Source: Macrostomum hystrix
Taxonomy: Eukaryota > Animalia > Platyhelminthes
NCBI GenBank assembly: GCA_950097015.1
Contig: CATNEN010000025.1
Coordinates: 5,952,001 to 6,016,000 of the forward strand
Reading direction: 5' to 3'
Length of the DNA stretch: 64,000 nucleotides
The notes under the pieces were generated by a model. That model was given only the letters and a program-made list of their open reading frames with translations. It ran no database searches and was not told where the DNA came from. Made by a program: the position numbers and the translations under genes. How positions within the stretch are numbered: the first letter of the stretch is position 1; each line of letters starts with the position of its first letter. Positions 35,094-48,044 of the stretch are shown piece by piece.

Positions 35094-36838
35094 GCAATTA
35101 GCGTTGGAAAGTCTGTGAAAGCCAAGAGCCCATACTTTTGAAAGCTAGTCCAAGCCAATGATGAAGCCAGAAGCGGAACCCCGGGTGGCCAATTTAAAGT
35201 TTAGGCCTTCCAAAGATTATCGCCGGATATATTGTTTCCGCTGAATTGCGTCTGATAGCGCTGGTGGGCGTGTTTTAATTTAGATCGAATAGATTGGCAT
35301 TGGCGGTCAGTCTCGGCTTCACTGGTCAAGAATGAGATTGAGATTGGCCTACATTAACATCATTTGCGGCGTCTCGTTCTCGAAGATGGTCACTAACTCA
35401 TTCTGAAGGTCACTCATATTTCCTCTATAGTCACTGATAACGTCACTCTAATTCACTTTTAAGGTCACTCTCACTCACTCACATTTCCTCTCTAGTCACT
35501 GATAATGTCACTCTAATTCACTTTTAAGGTCACTCTTACTCCCTCACATTTCCTCTATAGTCACTGATAATGTCACTCTAATTCACTTTTAAGGTCACTC
35601 TTACTCACTCACATTTCCTCTATAGTCACTGATAATGTCACTCTAATTCACTTTTAAGGTCACTCTCACTCACTCACATTTCCTCTCTAGTCACTGATAA
35701 TGTCACTCTAGTTCAATTTTAAGGTCACTCTCACTCACTCACATTTCCTCTCTAGTCACTGATAATGTCACTCTAATTCACTTTTAAGGTCACTCTCACT
35801 CACTCACATTTCCTCTCTAGTTACTCTCACCGACAGTCTCATGTCTCAACGTCAATTGACAATCACATATTTTCTTAGAGTCTTTGACCTATCATAATGT
35901 ACTTGCTAAGGTTTTACACAATTGAGCTCTCTCTCTCTTTCTATCGATTTTTATCATCACTTAAAACTTTATATATATGCACAGCCTATCGCGCCAAATA
36001 AAATTAGTTTTTTTCTGCCCTGACAAAGAATTTTTAACTCGAAATATCGGCAAAATTAAACTAATAGTCTGCGCTTTTTATTTACCGTGTCTGTGCCTGG
36101 GAATGGAGGCGTTCTCCTCTCTCTCCCTTTCTCTCCCTCTCTCTTACTCTCTCTTATTCTCATTCTCTCTCACTCTCACTCACTCTCTCACTCTCTTGAG
36201 TTGCGGGGCGCTGCCGAATCGATTACGATATGTTGAGATTGAAAGCTGGATTTGAACAAGCGCCTATAGCCAATGGCTAGAGCGCTAGGCTAGACTCTAC
36301 TGATGAGCTCCAATAAGAGCGAAACGCGTCTGGAGTTACCTTGGTTCGAATCCGGATTTCAAATTTTTCGATACATATCGGAATCGATTCCAACATTAGA
36401 TTTTTGAAATTCATTGGGTAGTGTCCTCTCTCCTCTCTCCCGCTCCCTCTCTCCCTCTCTCCCTCTCTCTTATCAGGCGCCGTCGGATAAGTACTTCTTT
36501 TTCGCAGCTGATAAGTGCAAATCGGCTGCAGTTATCGAATTACTTTGCGTGCACTCGGGATTGGGTCGGGGCCGGCAGTGCAAAATAACACCAACCCGGA
36601 GCTCCCCAAACAGATGCGAAACAAACCTTTGGGCTGACTCACTGAGGAGCTTTACAATGCACTGGCAGATCGAGTTACAAAATGTATGTAAAAATTGACT
36701 TGCCGCTAGGGAAATGGGATGTTTGTAGTGGGATAACACTGTAGCTTTGCTTCTAGCTTGCTGCCTTTTCTAAGCTGGCTTGGTTTCTTTTAGTTTCTGT
36801 ACCATTTACCCATGCGAATTCAAATTATTGACTGGTCC

Positions 36839-36925
<87 letters not shown>

Positions 36926-39900
36926 GGTTTGCCAGCCAATCCAACAGTCGGCAGAATCAATCGAACAGACGGGGGCCCAGAAATTGAGGCGATTCGGCTT
37001 CTAGGCACGACCTGAAGTCCCCCCCTACTTTGAATTTCTCCGCTTCGTTCTCCCCGCGTTCTCAAAGCCTCGGCAATAAATCCTCACCAGTGCTTCCAAG
37101 GCCGACCCGGAGCTATAATCCCACAACAGTGCCTCAGCCAGTCCCACTCTCGCTCCCCCCCAACCCGAAGCCAAGATTCAACATCCCATGGGGAGGCGGA
37201 AAGGACTGGCAAGATGCCGCCCCCCTGGCTCTATACTTTGCCCAGCGTTAGTCTCTCCGAGCTAGACCCAGCCTGTCAGGCAAATCGGGAGGGAAGATGC
37301 GCGGGATCTGGGATTTGGGATCTGGGATCGCTAATGGAAGTGTCCGTATTTTTTTCAACCGCCTAGTGCTTCCTCTCCTGCGTCTCCCTAAGTCCCACAT
37401 CCCCTGATTTGCTAGCCTTATTGGCGGCTGAGATTCTCTCTCTGCACTCGCCGGATGCATCATTTGGAAGGCCTCAAATATATTTATGCATGCTGTTTGA
37501 GGCCAACAGATCCGAAAAAACGGCAAGTAAAAAGCTAAAGAAAGTTCTTTTGATAAAAAATCGGTTTCAATTTTGCATTTTCTATCCAGTTCAAGAAATT
37601 ATGCAGCTAGCCCAAACTGCCTTGAATGATCGACGGTTTATGACCCTGAAATTGAATTGCAGATCAAGAATAAGAAGAAATCGATTTGAAAAAAAACTGT
37701 GACATAGCGAAATTTTTGTTTGTACTTTAGAAGGCAAATCGTGATTTCTGTTTGTTGTTACGCAGGAACTTATATTTTAGAGGCAGGACATTTTCACCTG
37801 TAGATAGCGATATAGTCGTAGATGTGACTTCGAAATGCTCCAATGTGAATTGAGGCATTTTCACACGATCGGCGCCGTCAACACCGGATGGGCCGTCCTT
37901 CCATCGCATTGTCACGTCCTCCGTGGGATAGCCGTCTGAATGGGATTTTTAATTTGAGTCGGATTACTCATGCCATAGAAATAATCGAAAAGATATACAA
38001 TTCATGTAAATAACATTTTCTATAAGGAAATGCAGTTTTTTACTTTTTTGCTTATCGCAGAGTGGATGTCATGGAGTGAGGTGGATGTAATGGAGTGAGG
38101 CGGTTGTCATGGAGTGAGGCGGTTGTCATGGAGTGGGGTGGTTGTCATGGAGTGAGGTGGTTGTCATGGAGTGAGGTGGTTGTCATGGAGTGAGGTGGTT
38201 GTCATGGAGTGATCATGGAGTGAGGTGGTTGTCATGGAGTGATCATGGAGTGAGGTGGTTGTCATGGAGTGATCATGGAGTGAGGTGGTTGTCATGGAGT
38301 GATCATGGAGTGAGGTGGTTGTCATGGAGTGAGGTGGATGTCGAAGAGTGAAGGAGGTTGTTGCGGAGAAAGGTATGCTACAAGATTTCATTAATAGTTA
38401 ATAGCTAAAACTACGAGTACTTTAAGAGACAGCTAACAATACAACACAAAAAATATTTTGCAATCGAAACTTACAGCTTTCAATCTCAACAGTGCAATTC
38501 TGCACATCCAGCGGATAATAGTGCAAGTCCATCATGCAAGCCAGGGTTGTTGTAAAACTGTAATTTCGAAATGTTTAGAAGCAAAATTTTATCGATAAAA
38601 TTGAACTAATCGGAAATTACGATCGTAAAACCACAAAACAGGCACTTCGATCCGTCCATCAGCTCACTCAGCCAGTCACCTTACTCCGCTAGCCTCACTC
38701 CGCTTGCCACCTCCCTCCCCCAGCCTCCTCACTCCGCCAGCCAACTCACTCCACCAGCCACCTCACTCTGCCAGCCACCTCCCTCTGCCAGCCACCTCAC
38801 TCCGCCAGCCAACTCACTCCACCAGCCACCTCACTCTGCCAGCCACCTCCCTCTGCCAGCCACCTCCCTCTGCCAGCCACCTCACTCCGCCAGCGACCTC
38901 ACCCCGACAAATATCCAAAGGTTAAACTGACCGCATTCCGTAGATAATCTGGCCGTCGCCGTACAATCGCACCATTTTGTTCTGCTCGGTGACATCGTGC
39001 AAAAAGGAATGCTTATCGTTGGCGATGAAGGTGTCCGGAACCCAAATCTTGCTAGCAAATTCTCCAGTTAGGGTCATTGATTTATTTGCATTGCGAGGAT
39101 CGAAAGCCAAGCGATTGTCTGTCCAGTACTGGTTCAGGTACATTGTTATTGTGTAGTCCTGTAGAGTAAATCATAAATATTACTTATATAGTTAGTGCTA
39201 TATATTTTCTTCATACTTGTCTCGTATCAATCACTAAGGAGACGAAACAGACGTTACAGTGAAGGCAGTAAATAGATTTTCTCAATTCATCATTTTAATC
39301 AGGTCTAGGATTCAATGGTTCCGTTAAAAACACGGCTCTAATACGTATTGACAGTCAAGTCTGGCTCTAACCTGACAGACAACTATCCACCAGCAATTAA
39401 TCCCAGAATTGGAAAACTAAATGAGTCTACCAACCACTTCTGCCCTTTTTAACTTGCTCCCTACACCCTTCAGTCTCCATTCTCCAAACCCTTCATTCTC
39501 CACCCTTCATTCTCCACTCTCCCCTACATTCAGTCTCCACTCTCCGCTCCCTTCATTCTCCACTCTGCATCTGCCCTCCCTTCATTATCCGCTCTCCCCT
39601 CCCTTCATTATCCGCTCTCCCCTCCCTTCATTATCCGCTCTCCCCTCCCTTCATTATCCGCTCTCCCCTCCCTTCATTATCCGCTCTCCCCTCCCTTCAT
39701 TATCCGCTCTCCCCTCCCTTCATTATCCGCTCTCCCCTCCCTTCATTATCCGCTCTCCCCTCCCTTCATTATCCGCTCTCCCCTCCCTTCATTATCCGCT
39801 CTCCCCTCCCTTCATTATCCGCTCTCCCCTCCCTTCATTATCCGCTCTCCCCTCCCTTCATTATCCGCTCTCCCCTCCCTTCATTATCCGCTCTCCCCTC

Positions 39901-42900
39901 CCTTCATTATCCGCTCTCCCCTCCCTTCATTATCCGCTCTCCCCTCCCTTCATTATCCGCTCTCCCCTCCCTTCATTATCCGCTCTCCCCTCCCTTCATT
40001 ATCCGCTCTCCCCTCCCTTCATTATCCGCTCTCCCCTCCCTTCATTATCCGCTCTCCCCTCCCTTCATTATCCGCTCTCCCCTCCCTTCATTATCCGCTC
40101 TCCCCTCCCTTCATTATCCGCTCTCCCTCCCTTCATTATCCGCTCTCCCCTCCCTTCATTATCCGCTCTCCCCTCCCTTCATTATCCGCTCTCCACTCCC
40201 TTCATTATCCGCTCTCCACTCCATTCTCTACTTTCCCTTCCCTTCGTTCTCCACTCTCCCTTCCCTTCATTCTCCACCCTCCCCTCCCTTCATTCTCCAC
40301 TCTCCCCTACATTCAATCTCCACTCTCCGCTCCCTTCATTCTCCACTCTCCCCTACCTTTATTCTCCATTCTTTAATACCGTCATTCATCTATGCAGCAA
40401 TAATTCTGATATTTTACAGTTTTATGTGTCTGAATATCGAGAGCTTATTCAATTCATTTTCTCTCCATAGTTTTACTATATTTGGATTTAAAAAAAATTC
40501 ATCCGAGTCAATAGGATTTTTTCCCCAAGATCCTTATTCTTGCGGCACTTTTTTGAATCTTTCCAAATCCCATCAGACCTAAATATGCCCACATAAAGTG
40601 CACTTATCTTGGCAACGAGTTGGGACGGTGATTGGATGAGAGGCAGAGAGGGGTGAGAGAATAGGATGGGATGCAGAGAGGTGAGAGAATAGGGATGCAC
40701 AGAGGGGTGAGAGAATAGGATGGGATGCACAGAGGGGTGAGAGAATAGGCAGATAGGGGTGAGAGAATAGGCAGAGAGGGGTGAGAGAATAGGATGGGAT
40801 GCACAGAGGGGTGAGAGAATAGGATGGGATGCACAGAGGGGTGAGAGAATAGGATGGGATGCACAGAGGGGTGAGAGAATAAGATGGGATGCACAGAGGG
40901 GTGAGAGAATAGGATGGGATGCACAGAGGGGTGAGAGAATAGGCAGAGAGGGGTGAGAGAATAGGCAGAGAGGGGTGAGAGAATAGGATGGAAGGCAGAG
41001 AGGGGTGGGAGAATAGGATGGGAGGCAGAGAGGGGTGAGAGAGTAGGATGGGAGGCACAGAGGGGTGAGAGAATAGGATGCAAGGCACAGAGGGGTGGGA
41101 GAATAGGATGGAAGGCAGAGAGGGGTGAGAGAGTAGGATGGGAGGCAGAGAGGGGTGAGAGAGTAGGATGGGAGGCACAGAGGGGTGAGAGAATAGGATG
41201 CAAGGCACAGAGGGGTGGGAGAATAGGATGGGAGGCAGAGAGGGGTGAGAGAGTAGGATGGGATGCACAGAGGGGTGAGAGAATAGGATGCAAGGCACAG
41301 AGGGGTGGGAGAATAGGAGGGGAGGCAGAGAGGGGTGAGAATTAAAGCTGATTAAGCCATTGAACTTTAAATGTTTTCTTGTGACAGCGAAGGTCAATAA
41401 TACTCGTAGTTAAGAATAATTTAACATTTTTTCGAAATAATAGATTTGCACTTTTTAGCTTTCTGTAGCTACTGCAGCAAACGAAATAGGAAAGGAAGGG
41501 ACATGGATTTTGCTGCAGACGCGACTGCCCCTCAGTATTCTACAGCCACATCTTCTCCTAAAGACACCCCCTCCCTGATTCCTTCAAGTGAAGCCGGGAA
41601 AATGTAAAAGCAATAAAAAATTCTGCATTTTTTGTTAATAAAATTTGTTCTGGTCGTTTTTCTGGGCAGTTCCAGCTACCGTTCGCTTTCTGTGTGCAAC
41701 TTAATCTTAGAATCAATCTATTCTATTCGTTTGTTGATACCAAATAATGTAAATAAGTTTCTTTTGTTGCTGCAGAAGAAAAATTCAAGAAAACTGACGG
41801 ATCCAGCGCTAAAAGTTTCAATAGAAATAAGAGAGAGAGTTGACATTTTTCTAAGCCAGGTTTGGGCAACATAATGTACAGCGCGGGCCAACGGATAATT
41901 ATAAAAGACGGCAGATAGATCAGAAAGGGGAGAGATGAGACAGGGGAGAGATGAGACAGAGGAGATAAGACAGGAGAGAGATGAGACACGGGAGAGATGA
42001 GACAGGGGAGATAAGACAGGGGAGATGAGACAGGGGAGATGAGACAGGGGAGAGATGAGACAGGGGAGATAAGACAGAGGAGATGAGACAGGGAAGATGA
42101 GACAGGGGAGAGATGAGACAGGGGAGAGATGAGACACGGGAGATAAGACAGGGGAGAGATGAGACAGGGGAGATGAGACAAGTAAGAGATGAGACAGGGG
42201 AGAGATAAGACAGGGAAGATAAGACAGGGGAGAGATGAGACAGGGGAGATGAGATAGGGGAGAGATGAGACACGGGAGATAAGACAGGGGAGAGATGAGA
42301 CAGGGGAGATGAGACAAGTAAGAGATGAGACAGGGGAGATGAGACAAGTTAGGGTAGGTGCTGGAAGGGGCAAGGAATCGGATTCAGTAGCTTGGAGGGC
42401 TCCATACGACCCGCAGGTTGCCTACTCAATCAACGGGATGCTTATCAAATCACTTCGATTTGGGACTAAAGACAACCTGGAAATTGAATGTAAGTAAAAA
42501 TTGAAAGCAAACTCACCATGTTGACCTCCGAGATGCTGTCAAAGCTTGCTATGACCACTTCCATGGCGATATCCAATACTTTGGCTGAAATCAAGTATTT
42601 GGTAGAAGCTATGCTTTATTGTTGGCTTCTTCGTGCTTTATTAAAAAAGCAGCTCATTTTTACCCGAAATTTCGACACCAGCTAATGCTGGTACATATTT
42701 CAGCTGTGAAAACTTAATCAATGAGTGTCTTGCTCAAGATTGAAAATCGAAAATCAGAACACCAAAAACACTACAACCACATATACGCTCGTAGGAGTGC
42801 GAGAGTAGAGATTAGCAGGGGAGGAAGAGAGAAAAGTAGAGAAGAAGTTTCAGAGTAGACTGGAGATTGGGAGAGGTACAGTGTGAGAGTAGACTGGAGA

Positions 42901-45900
42901 TTGGGAGAGGTACAGTGTGAGAGTAGACTGGAGATTGGGAGAGGTACAGTGTGAGAGTAGACTGGAGATTGGGAGAGGTACAGTGTGAGAGTAGACTGGA
43001 GATTGGGAGAGGTACAGTTTCAGAGTAGACTGGAGATTGGGAGAGGTACAGTTTGAGAGTAGACTGGAGATTAGGAGAGGTACAGTTCGAGAGTAGACTG
43101 GAGATTGGGAGAGGTACAGTTCGAGAGTAGACTGGAGATTAGGAGAGGTACAGTTCGAGAGTAGACTGGAGATTGGGAGAGGTACAGTTTGAGAGAAGAC
43201 TAGAGGGGGAGAGGAACAGAGTAAGAGTAGACTAGAGGGGGAGAGGAACAGTGTGAGAGAAGACTAGAGGGGGAGAGGAACAGTGTGAGAGAAGACTAGA
43301 GGGGGAGAGGAACAGAGATGCAATTACCAGGACTAAGTAATCCCAGAGGTGTGAAACATGTGAAGTGTTACAATTTAATCTATGCGATTTTTACAGAGAG
43401 ATGAATGGGAGTAGAGTAGTAAGAGTAGACTAGAGGGGGAGAGGAACAGTGTGAGAGTAGACTAGAGGGGGAGAGGAACAGTGTGAGAGAAGACTAGAGG
43501 GGGAGAGGAACAGTGTGAGAGAAGACTAGAGGGGGAGAGGAACAGAGTAAGAGTAGACTAGAGGGGGAGAGGAACAGTGTGAGAGTAGACTAGAAGGGGA
43601 GAGGAACAGTGTGAGAGTAGACTAGAGGGGGAGAGGAACAGAGTAAGAGTAGACTAGAGGGGGAGAGGAACAGAGTGAGAGTAGACTAGAGGGGGAGAGG
43701 AACAGTGTGAGAGTAGACTAGAGGGGGAGAGGAACAGAGTAAGAGTAGACTAGAGGGGGAGAGGAACAGAGTGAGAGTAGACTAGAGGGGGAGAGGAACA
43801 GTGTGAGAGTAGACTAGAGGGGGAGAGGAACAGAGTAAGAGTAGACTAGAGGGGGAGAGGAACAGAGTGAGAGTAGACTAGAGGGGGAGAGGAACAGAGT
43901 GAGAGTAGACTAGAGGGGGAGAGGAACAGAGTGAGAGTAGACTGGAGGGGGAGAGGAACAGAGTGAGAGTAGACTAGAGGGGGAGAGGAACAGAGTGAGA
44001 GTAGACTAGAGGGGGAGAGGAACAGAGTGAGAGTAGACTGGAGGGGGAGAGGAACAGTGTGAGAGTAGACTATAGGAGGTTTAAGAGGATAATTGTGAAG
44101 AGGAGAGACTAGAAGAGAAAGAGATGAAGCAGGGCGGAAAGCAAAGAATTAGATTGCAGTTGCTCAGATGGGCTAATTCAATCGAAGTTGAAATTGAAAT
44201 AAAAAACGCCCCGGTCAGTTTCAAGGCAAGAAAAAGCAAGACAGGAAGATTGCGTGGAGCATTGGCCAGCAAAGGCTCATTGAGGTAGAAAATCGGAGTC
44301 TGCAACTAGAAAAGTCCAGAGTGATTTGAAAATCTCGCAGTTTCGACTCGTAGTATCACAAGCTCAACTTCTCTCACATCGACCCGTTAGCCTGAAATGC
44401 AACTCAGTAGAAGAATTGAAGAACTAAAAAAAGAGATTGGGGTCAGCCCCGGAGACTAGTGAGCGTCTGGAGGCGGGATAAGGGTTAGCACTTCAATCCT
44501 GAGTAGCTTCTCAAGCTTGCTGTCTCCCGCATCCGACCAATAGCCTGCTGATGCAGCTCTATAAACAGCTGCATCACAATTTGACATCTAATCACAGCCT
44601 GTGTACTCTGCTTTCCAGCCAATCTATCTACTCATCCCCTAAAATCTCACCCGCATCCATCTCCATCTCATCCCTACAATCTCACCCGCACCCGCATCCA
44701 TCTTCATCTCATCCCTACAATCTCACCCGCACCCGCATCCATCTTCATCTCATCCCTACAATCTCACCCGCACCCGCATCCATCTTCATCTCATCCCTAC
44801 AATCTCACCCGCATTTATCTCCATCTCATCCCTACGACCCTACAATCTCACCCGCATCTATCTCCATCTCATCCCTACGACCCTACAATCTCACCCGCAT
44901 CTATCTCCATCTCATCCCTACAATCTCACCCGCATCCATCTTCATCCCATCCCTACAATCTCACCCGCATCCATCTCAATCTCATCCCTGCAATCTCACC
45001 CGCATTCATCTCCATCTCATCCCTACAATCTCACCCGCATATATCTCCATCTCATCCCTACAATCTCACCCGCATATATCTCCATCTCATCCCTACAATC
45101 TCACCCGCATATATCTCCATCTCATCCCTACAATCTCACCCGCATCCATCTCCATCTCATCCCTACAATCTCACCCGCATCCATCTTCATCTCATCCATC
45201 TAATCTCACCCGCATCCATCTCCATCTCATCCCTACAATCTCACCCGCATCCATCTCCATCTCATACCTACAATCTCACCCGCATCCATCTCCATCTCAT
45301 CCCTGCAATCTCACCCGCATCCATCTCCATCTCATCCCTACAATCTCACCCGCATCCATCTCCATCTCATCCCTACAATCTCACCCGCATATATCTCCAT
45401 CTCATACCTACAATCTCACCCGCATATATCTCCATCTCATCCCTACAATCTCACCCGCATATATCTCCATCTCATCCCTACAATCTCACCCGCATATATC
45501 TCCATCTCATCCCTAAAATCTCACCCGCATATATCTCCATCTCATACCTACAATCTCACCCGCATCCATCTTCATCTCATCCCTACAATCTCATCCTTGT
45601 CCATCACACCTCTCACCCTACAATCTCTCGTCACTTAAATCTCACCTATTCCAGACAATTAGTACCCATGGCCCACTGGGTCGTCCTGTCTTTTAAGACA
45701 GTCTAAGACAGCTCTTGAAATTGTAACTCGACAAGAAAGTAAAAATGCCTAATCAGGTGCACTCAACCTCCAGCCTTAAAGTGGCCCAATGTACCACTTA
45801 TTTCCTTAAGTGCGTGACGAGAGACAGGCAGAATTCAAGGCTATTCAGGCTGATTGTAACTAGGCACACCTGCGCATTCTCATTCCCAACCTGACTAGCT

Positions 45901-47233
45901 GCTTTCGAATCCCTCGGGTGAAAATAGTGGATAGCAGTGCACAGGTCCACGGCGATGGAACACCTTCCTAATTTTTCTTTCCTAACGAATAATATGACAG
46001 CGGAGCTTGAACTTCGCAACTTCTGTACTGAAACTCAATCACAGCCTATTGGTTGGTCGCCTTTTGAATAATCACTTCTTAGTCCGAGAACTCATGGCTC
46101 CGGTTCAAATATGGAGCTACATGTGAGTTACAAGAAATACTTTTCATTGCGTTACAAAAGAGTCACAGTTTAGACTTCAGATGGTGAGAGCATGAGCTGT
46201 CGGGATAAGAAGGAGATAGAAGGAGATACATTGGATGGATGAGACGGAGATAGATATGGTGAGATTAGATAAATGAGACGGATATAGATATAGTGATATT
46301 GGATGAAGGAGACGGAGAAAGAAATGGTTAGATTGGATGAATGAGACGGAGATAGATGCGTGTGAAATTGGATGGATGTGGGTGAGAATGTAGGGATTGG
46401 ATAGAGATAGATGCGGGTGAGATTAGATGGATGAGATGGAGATGGATGCGGATGAGATTAGATGGATGAGATGGAGATGGATGCGGGTGAGATTAGATGG
46501 ATGAGATGGAGATGGATGCGGGGGAGATTATATGGATGAGATGGAGATGCATGCGGGGGAGATTAGATGGATGAGATGGAGATGGATGCGGGTGAGATTA
46601 GATGGATGAGATGGAGATGGATGCGGGGGAGATTAGATGGATGAGATGGAGATGGATGCGGGTGAGATTGTTGGGATGAGATGGAGATGGATGCGGGTGA
46701 GATTGGATGGATGAGATGGAGATGGATGCGGGTGAGATTGTTGGGATGAGATGGAGATGGATGCGGGAGAGATTAGATTGATGAGATGGAGATGGATGCG
46801 GGTGAGATTGTTGGGATGAGATGGAGATGGATGCGGGTGAGATTAGATGGATGAGATGGAGATGGATGCGGGAGAGATTAGATGGATGAGATGGAGATGG
46901 ATGCGGGTGAGATTAGATGGATGAGATGCAGATGGATGCGGGTGTCGGTGGGACTAGATGGCTGAGATGAATATAGATGCTGACAGATGAGATGAGACAG
47001 AAGAGCGCTGAAAGAATCGGTAAGGTGAGTCACAGAGAATCAGGTAGGCAGTGATTTTTTAGCTCACTGCCAAAATTCGGCCTCAGTCGATTGTCATAAT
47101 TCTGAGTTAGTCGACGAATCGCGCTGGACAGACGAGCTGAGTTAGAACTCTCGGCCTCCTGGCCCTGAATGCTGTTAGGCAGCATCAGAAGCAGCAGCAG
47201 CAGCAGTGGCCAAATGAACAGCAGCTTCAGCAT
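32390..47233 (-). CDS. Lcch3: Cys-loop GABA-gated chloride channel subunit, Lcch3/GAB-1/GABA-A-beta-like; exons 47233-47068, 42584-42517, 39158-38932, 38557-38475, 37935-37798, 34195-34043, 33924-33668, 33016-32390
   Basis: Signal peptide; [11 protein letters not shown]; [21 protein letters not shown]; IWVPDTF; Cys-loop [15 protein letters not shown]; TM1-3 [63 protein letters not shown]; TM4 [24 protein letters not shown]. Phases are consistent. The acceptor of the last exon is a weak AAG and less certain. Confidence 0.95.
33100..33635. repeat. 18-bp minisatellite (TTAGTCTACCCTGAGTCA), intronic
   Basis: Visible array. Confidence 0.93.
35400..35825. repeat. ~65-bp tandem repeat (AAGGTCACTCTCACTCACTCACATTTCC...), intronic
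   Basis: About six copies; aaggtcact recurs at 35461, 35526 and onward. Confidence 0.9.
36260..36368 (+). ncRNA. Type-I hammerhead ribozyme (36294-36336) inside a tRNA-like Pol III cassette
   Basis: Stem I ACTCTA/TGGAGT; core CTGATGA (36300-36306); stem II GCTC-CAATAA-GAGC; GAAA (36321-36324); minimal stem III C-GC-G; cleavage triplet GTC ending at 36330. Flanked by an A-box-like TAGCCAATGG (36267-36276), a B box GGTTCGAATCC (36343-36353) and TTTTT (36364-36368). Confidence 0.85.
36838..36925. repeat. (TCTG)n microsatellite
   Basis: Continuous tctg repeats. Confidence 0.97.
38065..38340. repeat. Short-unit repeat (GTCATGGAGTGAGGTGGTT), intronic
   Basis: Visible array. Confidence 0.9.
38660..38900. 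repeat. C-rich repeat (GCCAGCCACCTCACTCC family), intronic
   Basis: Visible array. Confidence 0.85.
39580..40210. repeat. 22-bp pyrimidine-rich minisatellite (CCCTTCATTATCCGCTCTCCCC-type)
   Basis: Homogeneous array. It explains ORF 39421-40470. Confidence 0.95.
40635..41340. repeat. ~30-bp purine-rich minisatellite (GCACAGAGGGGTGAGAGAATAGGATGGGAT)
   Basis: Visible array. Confidence 0.93.
41925..42350. repeat. Degenerate GGGGAGAGATGAGACA repeat (related to the edge of the 12440 array)
   Basis: Visible array. Confidence 0.88.
42853..44070. repeat. Compound 34-bp/32-bp purine-rich arrays (GAGTAGACTGGAGATTGGGAGAGGTACAGTGTGA, GAGTAGACTAGAGGGGGAGAGGAACAGTGTGA)
   Basis: Two related units, interrupted by unique sequence at about 43320-43420. 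Confidence 0.92.
44640..45590 (+). repeat. 35-bp minisatellite A (ATCTCACCCGCATCCATCTCCATCTCATCCCTACA)
   Basis: Visible array. It is the reverse complement of arrays B and C. Confidence 0.95.
46375..46945 (-). repeat. 35-bp minisatellite B (inverted relative to A)
   Basis: Reads GATGAGATGGAGATGGATGCGGGTGAGATT on the + strand. Confidence 0.93.
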
Positions 47234-48044
47234 TCTCGTGATGGACGATGACGAGGAGCCGAAGACAAGCCACCGTCACTGGCTGAAGATTATCGACTTT
47301 CTTGACTGTCGCTTTAGCCTTAGCAACTGGTTCAGCAGCAATTTCAGCCCGTTGGACAAATGAAATCGGGCAACGAACTGGCCCGTCGCTTTTCGTTTCC
47401 TCTTTCTCCCCCTAACTGTGGGATCTTATTTCTTTCTATAGAGTGAAATTCCTCTCGATATATTTCGCCCACTCCATAGGCCGTAACCCTCACAATCCAA
47501 TCACATTCCAACAACAGCTTCTTCCTGGAAACTGTGCAGCCTCTCATTCGCCATGCGACAATTTCTCTCCCTGTCCTGTCCCACACGCCTCACACAACAC
47601 CACATTTGCCCAGAACCAAGCCGTTCTCTCCTCTGCCAACCAACTTCGACACCACCCTGGAAATCCCTTCCCCGACAGCGGATCGGGCAGCGACCGTTTC
47701 TAACTCTTCACTATCCGGCCAGCAATTGCTTAACCCGTCACTTCATCCCCAATCCCAATACTCTCATCCTATGCGCCTATTAATCTATATATAGCTGAGG
47801 GGTGCCCACACAAAAGCAACAAGATTCGCACAAGCGTTGACAGCTTTCATCATTTTTAACTGTCTAAAATTGTCTAGCGAAAGCGCGGAAGGCTTAATCG
47901 GCCAATCTTTGTGTCAGACTGGCTGCTTTATTTTTGTTTCTGATTTGTCTTTACATTTTAGTTCTACTATTATAGCGATAATAGTCCCTTTTCTAAATAA
48001 GTATGCTGCTTATCAACTTTATGAGCGTCTGATAAGGTCTGGTG

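Noticed and set aside
34930-35095. (CAG/GCA)n tracts with poly-Q/poly-A ORFs in a GABA-receptor intron
   Set aside because: There are no matching splice sites or coding context. These are treated as simple trinucleotide repeats.
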